Source: Zygophlyctis sp. KS116 | Taxonomy: Eukaryota > Fungi > Chytridiomycota | DNA: 32,000 bases | NCBI GenBank assembly: GCA_054661495.1 | Contig: BAAFSQ010000020.1 | Span: 43,768 to 75,767 of the forward strand | Reading direction: 5' to 3' | Part shown: positions 13,003-25,351 of the stretch, piece by piece | Layout of the letters: every line of letters starts with the position of its first letter | Numbering within the stretch: position 1 is the stretch's first letter | Program-made: the position numbers and the translations under genes | The notes under the pieces: model-generated | The model's database searches: none | What the model was told of the DNA's origin: nothing | Seen by the model: the letters and a program-made list of their open reading frames with translations, nothing else

Positions 13003-14487
13003 ATGGGAAATCGTGTGTCTCGAACAGGCTACGGTTCTTCAACTGAAAATCCACAAATGCAGGCCGAAGAGCTAATTAATCTAGAGCGGGTAGATGCCGT
13101 GCCTAATGCAGAAGTTTTAGAATCAAATCTTTACTTTGGGCCAAAGTTTCTATTGGATTTCTCACAGCATCCTGCATATGACTCTGGCCTATCAAGAAAT
13201 GAAATAGCAAGAATATTTTGGGATGAAATATGGAGTCTTTTTTCTGGAAATGGTGGATTAATGACTGAATCGCAAATGGCGCAATATGGAAATTTATATC
13301 AGCAGGCGAGTCTCTAAATTCTAATATTAGTCAGCAATATCATGCCAGCAAACATCAGTCATTGAATCTAGAGTAAATCTGATCAAAAACTCTATCGAAG
13401 TGCGTAAAAGATCGTCCGATCAGTTTTCTGTCTCATTTACATTTGATTCATCCGAAACTTGCATGATACATTTTTATTGGATAGCTTCAGAATACATTAA
13501 TTGGTCAAACGACGTCATAAAATCAATAGATTACAAATCAAAGGAATCCGAAAATAATATGCATTGGACCTTTGGTCCTTTTACACCTGCCCTCCAGCAA
13601 ACTTTTGATCTTCCGGATTCTCATCTTCTTGATTTATCAGTCATCAATTTTAGAGATCTGGATGTTGATGATGATATACCCCGAGAGGAAGAAATAGATT
13701 CTCTTCAAAGTCTAGAGAACGGTGAGCCGAAAGAGAATCAAATTTCGGACGGAGAGAAAAAACAAATTTTCCCATTGATTATTGTATTAGAAACAATCGG
13801 ATCAGGTAAAGATACATTTTCGCATTTATGTTATAGGAATCCCATCAGAAGATTTATCGCATGTATCCAGTAACCAAATGACGTATGTCCGATTCAAATT
13901 AAAAGATGAAGGGATGATTCCAAAAGTCTTAAAGCAAAAGATAATTGTACGAAATTAGATATTTTAAATGAAAGATTGATGGTGTTCCATATATATTGCA
14001 GGATATATATGGTTTTCCGGATGGGGGGACGGATGATCCCGTGAATAACGGTAAAGTTGTAGTTTCTAATTCTTAAGATGATTTAAAATCAATGAGAGAA
14101 TGTGTGATTTGTATGTCTGCTCCAAAAGATACAATTGCGATCCCATGTCGTCACTTGTGTGTTTGCAAAGATTGCGCAGACATTCTCCGTCAGCCCCCAA
14201 CCAGTCAACCATCTCCTCCTAAATGTCCAATTTGTCGTCAAGGTATAATTCTTCAAATAATCTTTAAAGTACTCCATTCGTTGCTTCAGATTAGTCTGCC
14301 AAAAGAATTTAGGAAAGAAGCATCAAGGGCGTCGCTCAATACAGGCATTCTAAAAACTGCTCCAATTATCGAAAAAGATGTTCCTGAAATACCATGCTCG
14401 TCAAACGCTACAGAAGGAGATAATATTCTTGGAAATTCAAATCTCGATGAGGATGATTATGATAGAATGGAATGGAGGAGACTTTGA
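13003..14487 (+). CDS. MGRN1/RNF157/LOG2-family RING E3 ligase
   Basis: Starts MGNRVS (myristoylation-like); SRVNLIKNSI, FTFDS, KVLKQKI, LQDIYG; C3HC4 RING CVICM..PCRHLCVC..C..CPICR. Introns 13306-13330 (probable GC-AG), 13806-13836, 13947-13974, 14051-14077, 14243-14269. Confidence 0.88.
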
Positions 14488-14541
14488 TGACGGGTATTTT
14501 CCGCTAACAATGGGATCACAAACAAACGTTTAAATAATTAA

Positions 14542-16056
14542 ATGAGTCACAACAGCCTAGTTTCTTTACTTCGCACATTTAGCGACAGTCTTTTATTAAC
14601 AGCCCCAAATCCGTCCGATTTTCTTTCCCAAAATGATCAAGATAATTCGGACATACAATCCATTCAAGAACCAGCATCTGATCAAGATATGGATGATTCA
14701 TGGGTTTCACATAGTGAAGATTTGTCTTGCTCTAATACTGAAGAAAATGATCATGGGTGCTCTTCCAACAGCTTGTGTCATTCTCAAGGAAACCATTCTG
14801 ACTTGAGAAAAAAGATTATGGCAATTCAGACCGATTCATCAATAGCACCTAATGAAAAGTCAAAAAAAATCCAGGAGTTGATGTCCAGTAAATGGGATGC
14901 CAAACAGCAAGAGGAGACTCGATCAGATGGAAAATCCCAAAATCTTTTAAAGGATAAACGAGATGATTTTTCAACTCTGTTACCAAAAGATAAAGAGGTC
15001 ACATATCATAGTCCAACTATAATGGGCTGTAAACATTATCAACGAAGAATCAAACTTCAAGCTCACTGTTGTGGTAACTGGTATGTTTGTAGATTTTGCC
15101 ATGATGAAGTATCAGATCACACAATCACTAGGTAATTTTTATACCTAAAGTTTATAGAAACTTGATTTCAAAAATGCTATGTATGAATTGCCTCACAGAC
15201 CAGCCTGCTGGACAGGAATGCGTAGAATGCAAAGAGAAAATCAGTCGCTATTACTGCAAAGAATGTAAACTATGGGATGATGATCCAAGAAAAGACATTT
15301 ATCACTGTTATGACTGTGGAATATGTCGAATTGGAAAGGGCCTAGGAAAAGACTACTTTCACTGTGAGACCTGTAATGTTTGTATGGCAATCGGTCTTAA
15401 AGGTCGACATAAATGTATCGAGCGAAACTTAGAGTCTGATTGCCCTATTTGTGGAGAATATATGTTTACTTCTACTTCAACAGTAATTTTTATGCCTTGT
15501 GGACATTGCATGCACCACAAATGCCACCAACAATATATTCAAACATCTTATCAATGCCCAACATGTCTTAAATCACTTGCAGATGTTTCTGATTACTTTA
15601 AGAGAATTGATCAAGCTTTAGAAGAACATAAAATGCCCGTAGAATATAACAACTCATACTCATTTATCTATTGTAATGATTGTGAAAAGAAATGCCATGC
15701 AAAATATCATTTTATCTATCATAAATGCGCATTTTGCAATGGATACAATACAAAAATATTAGGGACTTGCGAAGGATTACCTGAAGGAGCAGTTATTGCA
15801 GAGTTAAAAGAAACACCATCATCAGAGTCTGCAACAATTCAAGCCGAATCACAGAATTCCTTAGAATCGGGTATTGATGGAGATGGCGCAGATGCCACAT
15901 CAGATCATGAATCTCAAAATGATTTTAGCGGATACTTTTGTCACGAGTGTGAGGTAGATAATTTATTATTTTAAATACTAGCTACCAGCAGAAATATCTA
16001 ATACAGAGACTCCAGTATGTAATACTTGTGGATCACATTTTATAGAGGAATTTTAA
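14542..16056 (+). CDS. RCHY1: Pirh2/RCHY1-family CHY-RING E3 ligase with an extra C-terminal zinc ribbon
   Basis: CHY (GCKHYQR..CC..CRFCHDE), CTCHY (YHCYDCGICRIG), RING-H2 (CPICGEYMF..PCGH..H..C..CPTC), C-terminal CNDC..HKC..C.GYNT. Introns 15132-15157 and 15954-15981; last exon ends TAA 16054-16056. Confidence 0.92.
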
Positions 16057-16104
16057 TAAAGATCTTTTTTAGTTAGTTTTTTGAATTTTCACGTAAATTT
16101 CCCA

Positions 16105-17929
16105 ATGAAAGATTCAGTTGGTTCAGTCGACGATAAATCCATTGGCAAGGCTGAGCAGCTGCTACAAAATATTTATTCAAAAACGGCAAACATTATTGTT
16201 AACGGGAGGACGCCATGTACTTCTAAAAAGCTCAACAAATGGTTCAATTTGGAAGAAATTGATTCGCTAAAGGAAGAATTAAAGTTATGGGGGGAATTTT
16301 CTATCAAGGGAAGCATGCCTCCATTGATTATTCAGATTTACTTGGATACTAGTAAACTTCATCCTTTGCATATGCTCTTGTTAAAAAACGAGAGTACCGG
16401 TCGCTACGAAACACTGGGAAACGATCAACTAGCTGATTTTGAAAATGATACTCCAATCAGGAAAAAATCAATACTCTTGGAAAGCTGGCAATTAACTCTA
16501 GCGCCGTCGGGGAACTCTCAAAAGGCGGATTTACCTCTGATTTACAAGAAACATATTGCATTTTTTAGAAGATTATATTTTTATGTAAGGCTAATGCCTT
16601 CTTTTAGGTTAAAGAAACGAATGGAAAAAGGAGACATTGGATTTAAAAGTCATCAATTGGGATATAGAATATCTAATTCTAGAGAAAATATACCAAATGA
16701 AGCTGGATTAGGTAAATAAATCTATATAATAAACTATGAAGATCAATTGCATTTATCTGGAAATTTAACAAATGGAATTGTAGAGACTAATTTTGGCGCA
16801 ATGGATACGCCTTTTGGGTAATACGAGATTGTAATTAATCAAAGACTTGCAAATCTTCATGTTACATTTAGAAGGGATTGTGATTTTCGAATTGATACCT
16901 CAGAACTAGTTTTAGCTGAAAGATTTGCAGATGTTCAAGATGAATATTTTTCAGTGAATCAAGGCCACGTAAATGTTGCGTCTTCAGTACAAAGAGCATA
17001 TTTGATACAGAGGAAATCATCTACTGCATCATTTTCTACAGATAGCGAGCCTCCGAAAAGTTATACCGCACCTTCTTTTGAGTTTAGAGCAGGTTCTCTA
17101 AAGTCTCATGATATAATTGGTCAAAGTCTAGGAGATTCTCAAAATTTGAGATTTAGAAGTGCTGGAAATCGACGATCAAGTATAACTCCAGGTTCTTTAC
17201 CATCACCCTCTATGTTGGCTTTTACGCCTCCTTCAGTCACTTCATCTTTTAGAAATAATGTGGGTAGCTATATCTCTAACCGTGATATTCCTCCCTTTTC
17301 AACGGCACCAGATTTCAAGCCAGATTTTATAAATAGTACAGAAGGAAGCCCTCCATTTGCTTTGGGTGGAATCATGGTATAATATTCATTATTAACTATA
17401 GGCTTCTGTCAAGAGTCATGTTTCGGAAAAACCTTCTGATGCAATGGTATTACTTCGTCAAGCTCCTGTTCCCCAATCACTATCAATGTCTATTCGGCCT
17501 GACTCGGAGATGTACTCTATTAGCGCTCCTCAGCAATATGTATTTAGTCCAAGGCATTCATCTGTATTGCTTTTTAATCGTAATCAAAGAAATTCGCCTC
17601 CAGCATTTACAATTGATCAGGTACGCATTTTCATTTTGATTTTAGGCTTTACTCTTTCGTAATGAAGAATCCAGGAATAAAACCATTCAAGCTATAACAA
17701 ATGAATCCCAAGATTCTAGAAATAGTGTGATTGACTCTGGGCCGTATTTAAAAAGAGCAAAGGTGATTTCATAAGGCTGATTCTTTAGGAAGCAATTTTA
17801 AGATTTAAACAATTAAAGGAAACTAATCTTGTATTTGCAGCGTCTATTTTGGGTAGCTCAAGTACCAAATCATTTGCTGGGGATGGAGATGATGATTTGC
17901 TGTTTGCCATGAGTGAGCTGGGTCATTAA
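16105..17929 (+). CDS. ATG13: Autophagy protein Atg13 (HORMA domain + disordered tail)
   Basis: QNIYSKTANII, NKWFNLE, PPLIIQIYLD, LLESWQL, LIYKK..FFRRLY..RLMPS, TPFG..LHVTFR; C-terminal DDDLLFAMSEL resembles the Atg1-binding MIM(C). Introns 16712-16741, 16818-16844, 17377-17401, 17621-17645, 17763-17788. Confidence 0.9.
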
Positions 17930-17969
17930 AAGATTTAGCTTCGCGAACAAGAAGAAGCTTTTCCCCAAA

Positions 17970-18513
17970 ATGATTGACATTGATGAAAAACACAAAGTTG
18001 GGACTCTAAGCAGAACCACATGCATTCCTGATAATTTTTACGGATCACATCGTTCTTTTCTCATTTGCATGGATGGATCAGAAAATTCAGAATATGCTTT
18101 TCATTGGACTATTTCAAATCTTGTTCAGGATGGTGACCATATCATGCTACTACGCATACTCCCCGAACTAGATTTGACTGATATCTATGTTTTGGGGTAT
18201 GACTTTGTTGATGAAATCCAAGAGTCTGCTGAAAGCGTTGTAATTTACCAAGATTAATAGTTAGCTTAAACAGATGCATTTTTCTCACAATGAGAAGCTT
18301 AAGAAAATATTTAATTCATTCAAGCTCTCAACTTTTGTTAGGATTGGAGAAGTTAGGGAAGAAATCATGGACATGGTGGGAGAAGTTGAACCTGGCCTCT
18401 TGGTATTGGGTAGTCGTGGATTAGGAATGGTAAAACGAATGTTTTTAGGATCTATATCAGCACATTGTATACATCATTCAGATATTCCAGTTCTTGTTGT
18501 TCCATCGCATTGA
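17970..18513 (+). CDS. Universal stress protein (USP/UspA domain)
   Basis: ICMDGSENSEYAFHW; LVLGSRGLG..KRMFLGSISAHCIHHSDIPVLVV; intron 18240-18264. Confidence 0.9.
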
Positions 18514-18603
18514 TTTTAAGACGCGAAAAGTGCCACACTGGTGGCCCGAATTTTCTGATTTTAAGTCTACAATATAAATTAGCAATATTACAAATCGTTT
18601 GAA

Positions 18604-20309
18604 ATGAATAGTTCTTGTAGAAAATCAACCTCATATCCCTGCTTATCAATCGTGTATGGACAATCATCAAGCGCATCGGACAGAGTAATGCCAATCAAGC
18701 ATTCACCATCATTTGTTGATGTCTCAAAAGCAGCAGAACTTGATCCTCAACAGCTTCTTGGAGGCCTAGAGTTTGAGAATGGACTAAACCAAGGCGCATT
18801 TGAAGATGAGGCATCGCGTCTAATTGCGACTGATGACACTGATCAATCTACAGAGACTGCTAAATCCACTCCAATGGAATCAGAATATAAAATAGGTGAA
18901 TGGATTCTAGGCAAAACTATCGGTGAAGGATCTAGCGGAAAAGTGAAATTGGCCACACATTCAAAGACCAGGGAGAAATGTGTTGTAAAGGCTGTTCGCC
19001 GTCCGAAAATACCAGGCTCAAATGATCAGCCTGTATCATTACAGGTCATAGAAAGGATTCATAAGCGTGAATTACTAATGATACGAGAGGCTGCTTTAGG
19101 AGTTGTATTAAATCATCCAAATATTGTTAGATTACATTCTACGGTCCTTGGAACTAATCATTTCTATTGCTTTTTTGAATATATATCTGGATATGATTTG
19201 GTTGATTATATAACACATTTGGGAAGGTTGTCAGAAGAGGAAAGTCGTCTAATATTTCGACAAATGTTATCAGCCATAGGTAAAATATATCTGTATTTTA
19301 CTTTTAGAATATTCTCATCGTAACCATGTTGTACATAGAGACATTAAACTAGAAAATATAAGATATGATCCTATTAGTGGTAATATATATTATTCTAAAT
19401 TTAGGGATGGCAAAAATGTTGGATTTTGGATTTGCAACTTTTTATGATCAAGAGACATTATTAACTACAAACTGTGGATCTCCTTGTTATGCAGCTCCAG
19501 AAATTTATGATTCCAAGTCTTATTTTGGCCCTGAAGTAGATGTATGGAGTCTTGGAGTTTGCTTGTATGGAATGACAACAGGAAGTCTACCTTTTGATGG
19601 TCCTAATTTTTCAGCACTTTGTAAACGAGTAAAATCAGGAAAAATTATATTTCCTCCATATTTATCACTAGGTATTTCAATTTGAATTTATATAATAGAG
19701 ATACGACAATTGATTACAGATATGTTGATTCCTGATGTATCTGCTAGAGCAAGTATATATGACATTATATCTCATAAATGGACAAATATGAACTATCCCT
19801 GTCATTGTTTAGATTTTTTAATCTATCCTGAAACTCAAGGAGTAAAACCATTTATAAATTCAGAATTTGTAAAGGAAATAATTTCATTAAATGTATGTGA
19901 TGCTGGTGGAGCACTAATGAATGTTTTAGAAGAGTATGGACCTGAAAGAAGACAATTAATTGAAGATGAATGGCTTAAAAACCCACAAGAGAAATCTCAA
20001 AATTTCTTTAATCCTGAAGTAGATTATGATGAAGAAACAGTCATTGGAGATGAATACATGGATCAATTAACCCCATTACCACCGCCACGATCATTCAAAG
20101 ACTCAAAAATCATGAATAAAACCAGGGAAAGAATACAAACAGCAGGGATCAAGGTGAAGGAATGGTGGTCAAGATTAATTTACAAGTCTACAAAATTGGC
20201 ACGTCTATTCCACAGAAAACCAAAGTTTGAAAAAATCAGAATACGAAAGGGATCTGTATTTATTCCTAAAAAGGAAATTGTTCGAAAGAGATTTGCAACT
20301 TCATTTTAA
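18604..20309 (+). CDS. CAMK-group Ser/Thr kinase, Kin1/MARK/SNF1-related
   Basis: IGEGSSGKVK, VVK, REAA..LNHPNIV, HRDIKLEN, DFG, TNCGSPCYAAPE, DVWSLG. Introns 19280-19307, 19380-19404, 19672-19698. Confidence 0.9.
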
Positions 20310-20373
20310 TATTTATTCTTTGAGAAATCGACGATGAGAGTCGAGGTTTCGGGTAAAAAAAGAAGAATTCGTG

Positions 20374-21323
20374 ATGATTCGTTCGCTCTTTACATTGGCA
20401 AGAGCTAAAACATTGGCAAAAGTCACAGTGGGGACTTCAATAGTAGGCTTGGCGCTCTACTCGGACGACCTTTTCACAAAAGCTTATGCTTTTTCTACTG
20501 CAGACCATGGGTTACATTCCGCGCATTATCCTTGGGACTTTCATAAATTCTATAAATCTTATGATCATGCAGCGTATGGCTAAAAATTATTCTAATGACT
20601 AGGCTGAGAAGAGGATATCAAGTTTACAAAGAAATTTGTTCGGCTTGCCACTCTATGGATTATATTCACTTTAGAAATTTAGTCGGCGTTACTCATACAG
20701 AAGCTGAAGCAAAAGAAATAGCTGGAGAATATGAATACATTGATGGTCCTAATGATCGTGGTGAAATGTTTTCACGACCAGGAAAGGTTTTTTTCTTCTT
20801 AAATCTTATTGATAGTTGGCTGATCCTTTTCCAAGGCCTTATCCAAACGAAGAAGCTGCCAGAGCTGCTAATGGAGGTGCATATCCTCCAGATCTGTCTT
20901 GTATATCAAGAGCTCGTCATGGGGATGAAGTAAATTTTTTAAATATTCTAATTAAAGGACTATATTTTCTCTCTTTTAATGGGATATTATGACGCACCTG
21001 CAGGTGTTTCTATTCGAGAAGGACTACATTATAATCCATACTTTCCAGGTGGAGCTATTTCTATGGCACGTGCTATTTACGATGAAGTTGTGGACTATGA
21101 GGATGGGACTCCTAATAATGCTTCTCAATTGGCTAAAGATGTATCAACTTTTTTGGCATGGGCGTCTTATCCTGAACACGATGAAAGAAAAAAGATGGGA
21201 ATGAAGGCTATTGCGATTACTTCTGTATTACTAGGATTTGCAATATGGTGGAAACGGTTTAAATGGAGTTATGTCAAGTCTAGACATATTGTTTACAAGC
21301 CTTCTGGAAAGACTGAAGTTTGA
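20374..21323 (+). CDS. CYT1: Cytochrome c1 (complex III), mitochondrial precursor
   Basis: [21 protein letters not shown] (CxxCH haem motif), [36 protein letters not shown]. Introns 20574-20602, 20787-20815, 20930-20957. Confidence 0.97.
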
Positions 21324-21366
21324 ATAAAACATGTCTTTTGGATCGGAACTTTTTTAATACATTGAT

Positions 21367-21949
21367 ATGAATCTTCCTACAGAATTAGAAATTGATTCTA
21401 TTCTACAAGATCTTGATGGTCCAAAGTATTCAACTTTTAAACCTCTCATTAAACCATCTCCAGAGACTGATGATCAAAAACTATTAGACGATCTTATCGC
21501 AAATCTTGATGATGACTCTATAATGCCATTGCATTCTTACTCTTTTAAAAATCAATCATCCAATTCAAATTTTAAAATCAATCGTCCAAAGTAAGCTCTT
21601 TCAACTTGATCATGGTAGATGTACGAGCGTATTTCTAGGCGCAAGTTCAAACGCTACAGGATTATTTATCGGTGGATCGCCTATAGCATGCGATCGGCTA
21701 AGATGTATTGGATGTGACTTTAAAGTCTTGATTTTTCCCAAATGCAAATGGACATCGGATGTTGACTATTTATTCTTTCGTAATAGCATGCCAGAGGTTA
21801 AAAAATTAAAAACGAGGCTGGAGATTTCATCAGATAGTAATGCATATTGTTGTCAATGTCAATGGACATCTACTAATAAAATATCATCGCCAGAGTTACT
21901 AGATTGTAAATCATTTAATCATGGTAAATGGACTTGTGGAGGACATTAG
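21367..21949 (+). CDS. CFAP418: Cilia- and flagella-associated protein 418 (C8orf37, RMP domain)
   Basis: KCTSVFLG, ACDRLRCIGCDFKV, DYLFFRNSMP, AYCCQCQW, WTCGGH; intron 21591-21618. Confidence 0.9.
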
Positions 21950-21963
21950 GGCTTATCAGTAAA

Positions 21964-23436
21964 ATGGAAAGAGCAATCAAGATTATTGTTTTTGGATTAT
22001 TAATAGATATTTTGGCCTTTACAATATTTCTTCCCCTTCTTCCAAGGCTATTAAAGTATTATGATTCAGAGCCGGTATGATTATTTCTATTTATACGCAT
22101 AGTCTTGGCTTTACTCAGTACTTAAAAGCTTTATAATTGATTTTCGATCATGGTTGGGTATTTCACATGTACGTCCAGAAATGGATATTCTTCTCTTTGG
22201 AGGACTCATTGGATCACTATTTTCCTTTTTACAATTTATAAGTAGTCCGTTGATCGGAAGATGGAGTGATCGGTATGGAAGAAGAAGTGTGCTTTTATTT
22301 TCCATGATTGGAAATGCTTTATCAATGGCTTTATGGGTATTTGCGAAATCATTTTCAGTCTTTGTTTTGTCGCGAGTTGTTGGTGGACTTACAGAGGGTA
22401 ATGTACAAATGTCGATTGCAATGATTTCAGATTTAACACCTCCAGAGACTAGATCAAAACATTTGGTAATCAAGACTAAATATTAAAAATTAAGGCTCTG
22501 GTTGGGCTTTCATTTGCCTTTGGTTTTACATTTGGACCAGTTCTTGGAGCGTATATGTCTAAATTTAATCTTCAAGATTATCTTCCAGATAGTTTAAACT
22601 TTATACCTCTAAATGATTATTCTGCTCCTGCTTTTCTGGCATTATTATTAATACTCGTAGAATCTTTATTTTTGTGGTTATATTTACCAGAAACCAGCAA
22701 TTATAAAAAACAAAAAAGTCTGGCTGCTGAAATTCAGGAGCCACTAGTCAAGAAAGAATTAGGATCAGTTATAAAACAAGAAAAGGGTGTGAGGAGAAGA
22801 GCAAGTGCTAGATTACAAGAAATTGAAAAAGAAGAGTTGAAACAAGATGATCCCGTTCCAATCAAGGAAAAGTCATCTGAATGGAAATTGTCATTAATTC
22901 ATTTCCTTTTTGTATTTGTCTTTTCTGGAATGGAATTCACTCTAACATTTCTAACTTTTGATAGATTTGAATTCTCAAATTCTTCTCAAGGCAGACTTTT
23001 AGGATTTATGGGTTTCTGCTCTGCTATATTTCAAGGTGTGTATGTCCGACGTGTATCTCGAGAAAAAGTGTCTGACAAGGATTTAGCAGTTCAAGGGATT
23101 TACAGTTGCGGCCTAGGATTAATAGTGAATGGATTGTTTGCTTTTCAACCTTGGATCTTATACTTTGGCTGCCTTTTCCTTTCTTTTACATCTGGAACAG
23201 TTGTAAATTCACTAGTGGCTCTATCATCAATAATTACATCTCAGGATTCACTTGGAGAATCACTTGGAGTTTTTAGATCTTTTGGACAACTTGGACGTGC
23301 CCTTGGACCAATATTTTTTTGTACTTGTTATTGGATGATTGGATCTCAAATCCTGTATGGAATCTGTGGAATATATATGATAATTTTGGGAATTTATCTC
23401 CAAAAAATGCAATTAGCGAAAAAAAAAGAAAACTAA
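21964..23436 (+). CDS. MFSD10/TETRAN-like MFS transporter
   Basis: LLIDILAFTIFLPLLP, GGLIGSLFSFLQF, GRWSDRYGRR, GGLTEGNVQ, FSGMEFTL, RSFGQLGRALGP. Introns 22075-22102 and 22466-22494. Confidence 0.9.
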
Positions 23437-23447
23437 ATTTTATCTTT

Positions 23448-23684
23448 ATGTTTTCACTGATCAAATCATTTAGACCGACACTTCCTACATTATTGTAATT
23501 TAGTATTTGATTAACCGCTAGATCACCTGGTTCTGTCAGATGGAGAACATTTGGGACAGAATATCAGCCATCAAATTTAAAAAAGAAGAGAAAGTTTGGA
23601 TTCATGAAAAGACTCAAGACTTGGACAGGAAGACTTATTCTTAAACGACGAATGCTAAAGGGAAGAAAGCATTTATCTCACTAG
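23448..23684 (+). CDS. MRPL34: Mitochondrial ribosomal protein bL34m (not in ORF track)
   Basis: [15 protein letters not shown], intron 23495-23521, then [54 protein letters not shown], matching the L34 signature YQPS..KR..GF..R..GR..L.RR..KGR..L. Confidence 0.92.
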
Positions 23685-23718
23685 TATTACTTCCGATATT
23701 TAAATCTGTTATCGTGAT

Positions 23719-24789
23719 ATGATTTGGTATTTGTTGCTTGTATTGAGTTTAACATTTTCCTACTCTTGGCCATCATATCCCATTGATATTCCATCTGATG
23801 CATGCTCCGACTGTATATACCCACTATCATCAACCGGCGCCATTAAATTGTCCAATGTCTCCCTAATTTTGTATGGCGGTGGTTCAGACTCTGAAGGATT
23901 TCTAGATTCCAATTTTAAACTGCTAAATTACTCTGATTTTAAAATGACAGTGTCGTATTTCAAGGGACAAAATAAGCCTTTACAAACTAATGCTATCATG
24001 GATGGATTCCAGTCGCCTATATTTTGCATGTATGAATCTAGTATTATATTTTTGGATCTGTCTAATGATCCTCCAAATATGTTTATATTAAATCTAAATT
24101 CTTGGTCATGGACTAATCTAACTTGGTCCGGTTCTCCTCCGCCTGCAAGACAACTATTTGCGGTAATCTTCAACAGTATGATTTTATAGAAAACATGTAC
24201 CGATTCTAAAATATATATACATTCTGGAATAGTATTCAAGACTGTAAACGATGATCCTGGATTTTGGGAATTTGATATCAAGACTAGAAAATGGAAAATA
24301 TTACCAAATATTCCCAATTTATGGGGTCATACTATAGGAGTTTTAGGATCTCAACTTTTTGCATTGGGAGGAAACACATTGGAAAATAAATCTTCAGTTC
24401 CGAATACAGATATTTGGAGATTTGATATAACAAGTTCAAATTGGGAAAATATTTATACAAAATTCTATGGTGGAGGAACTATAATTCCATTAAATGATTC
24501 ATTGATTATATTTGGAGGACATGGATCAAGTTCTTTATCAGAATATTTAACTCAAGGATGGGTACTCACAAGATTATTTCAGACTCGAAAAGGTTGGGAT
24601 GTAGAGTTTCTAGATGAGAAGGAATCTATAAATTATTCTAGAATAGGACACTCGTCTATTTATGATACAGATTTAGATTTAATAATTAGCTTGGGAGGAA
24701 GTTATTTACTTGGATCAGAAGGAAATTACACGTTTGTTTCTATATTTAACCTGACTAGTCTAGAGTTTAAAAAAGTATCAATTTATTAG
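23719..24789 (+). CDS. Secreted Kelch/galactose-oxidase-type beta-propeller protein
   Basis: Signal peptide; repeats LYGG, W..L...PPAR, GHTI..LFALGG..IWRFD..W, IFGG, RIGHSS..SLGG. A 27-nt intron 24163-24189 removes an in-frame TAG. The 3' end may include one more intron (24775-24798). Confidence 0.75.
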
Positions 24790-24825
24790 TATGTGTAGTT
24801 TGTGTTTGGAAGATCTTGAGAATCC

Positions 24826-24870
24826 TTCCGTCCGACCGACTGAACCGTCCGACCGTCCAACCAGACCGAG
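24826..24870. repeat. GC-rich degenerate (WCCG)n tetranucleotide tract
   Basis: ccgtccgaccg occurs at 24828-24838 and 24845-24855, flanked by actg/tcca/acca/accg variants. Confidence 0.7.
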
Positions 24871-24894
24871 TCAGGGCCAGGCGCCACTAGCGAA

Positions 24895-25346
24895 ATGTCC
24901 ACAAATTTACATTTGGTAAAAGAGTTTTAATTCATATTTAGATACCCAAAGAACAAGAAACAGAAGAGAATGTATCATGGGATGATCAAACAAGAATAAA
25001 CAAGTTTTCTAAATTGGTTGCAGTGAATTCTGAACTCGAAGAAAGTTTAAAGGAAAAGACTGTAGATTTTGTTATTAATCGCTAGATGGAAAAGGAGTAT
25101 TTGGAGGATCTTGTGAATGAATTGGAATTAATGGATGATGATGATGTATTGCGATACAAGATTGGCGATTCATTTTTATCTTTGCCTCTAGAATCTGTAA
25201 AACAACGGTTGGAAATTGATTCCGAGAAATGTAATGCTGCAGTCAAGGATCTCCAACTCAAATTAAAAAATATTCTAGATGAAATGTCTGGGCTAAAGTC
25301 TTTATTGTATTCAAAGTTTGGAAAATCAATAAATCTTGAATTTTAA
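24895..25346 (+). CDS. PFDN4: Prefoldin subunit 4 (Gim3)
   Basis: VSWDDQTRINKFSKL, EKEYLEDL..ELELMD, YKIGDSF, LKSLLYSKFGKSINLE. Introns 24916-24941 and 25062-25085. Confidence 0.93.
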
Positions 25347-25351
25347 CTCCG

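Noticed and set aside
14510-14533. Upstream ATG (MGSQTNV*) as the first exon of RCHY1
   Set aside because: No GT-AG intron of plausible size joins it in frame; at most it is a uORF.
24163-24189. In-frame TAG in the Kelch gene as stop readthrough or an alternative genetic code
   Set aside because: The TAG is the 3' end of a 27-nt GT-AG intron. TAA, TAG and TGA all serve as normal stops elsewhere in the window.
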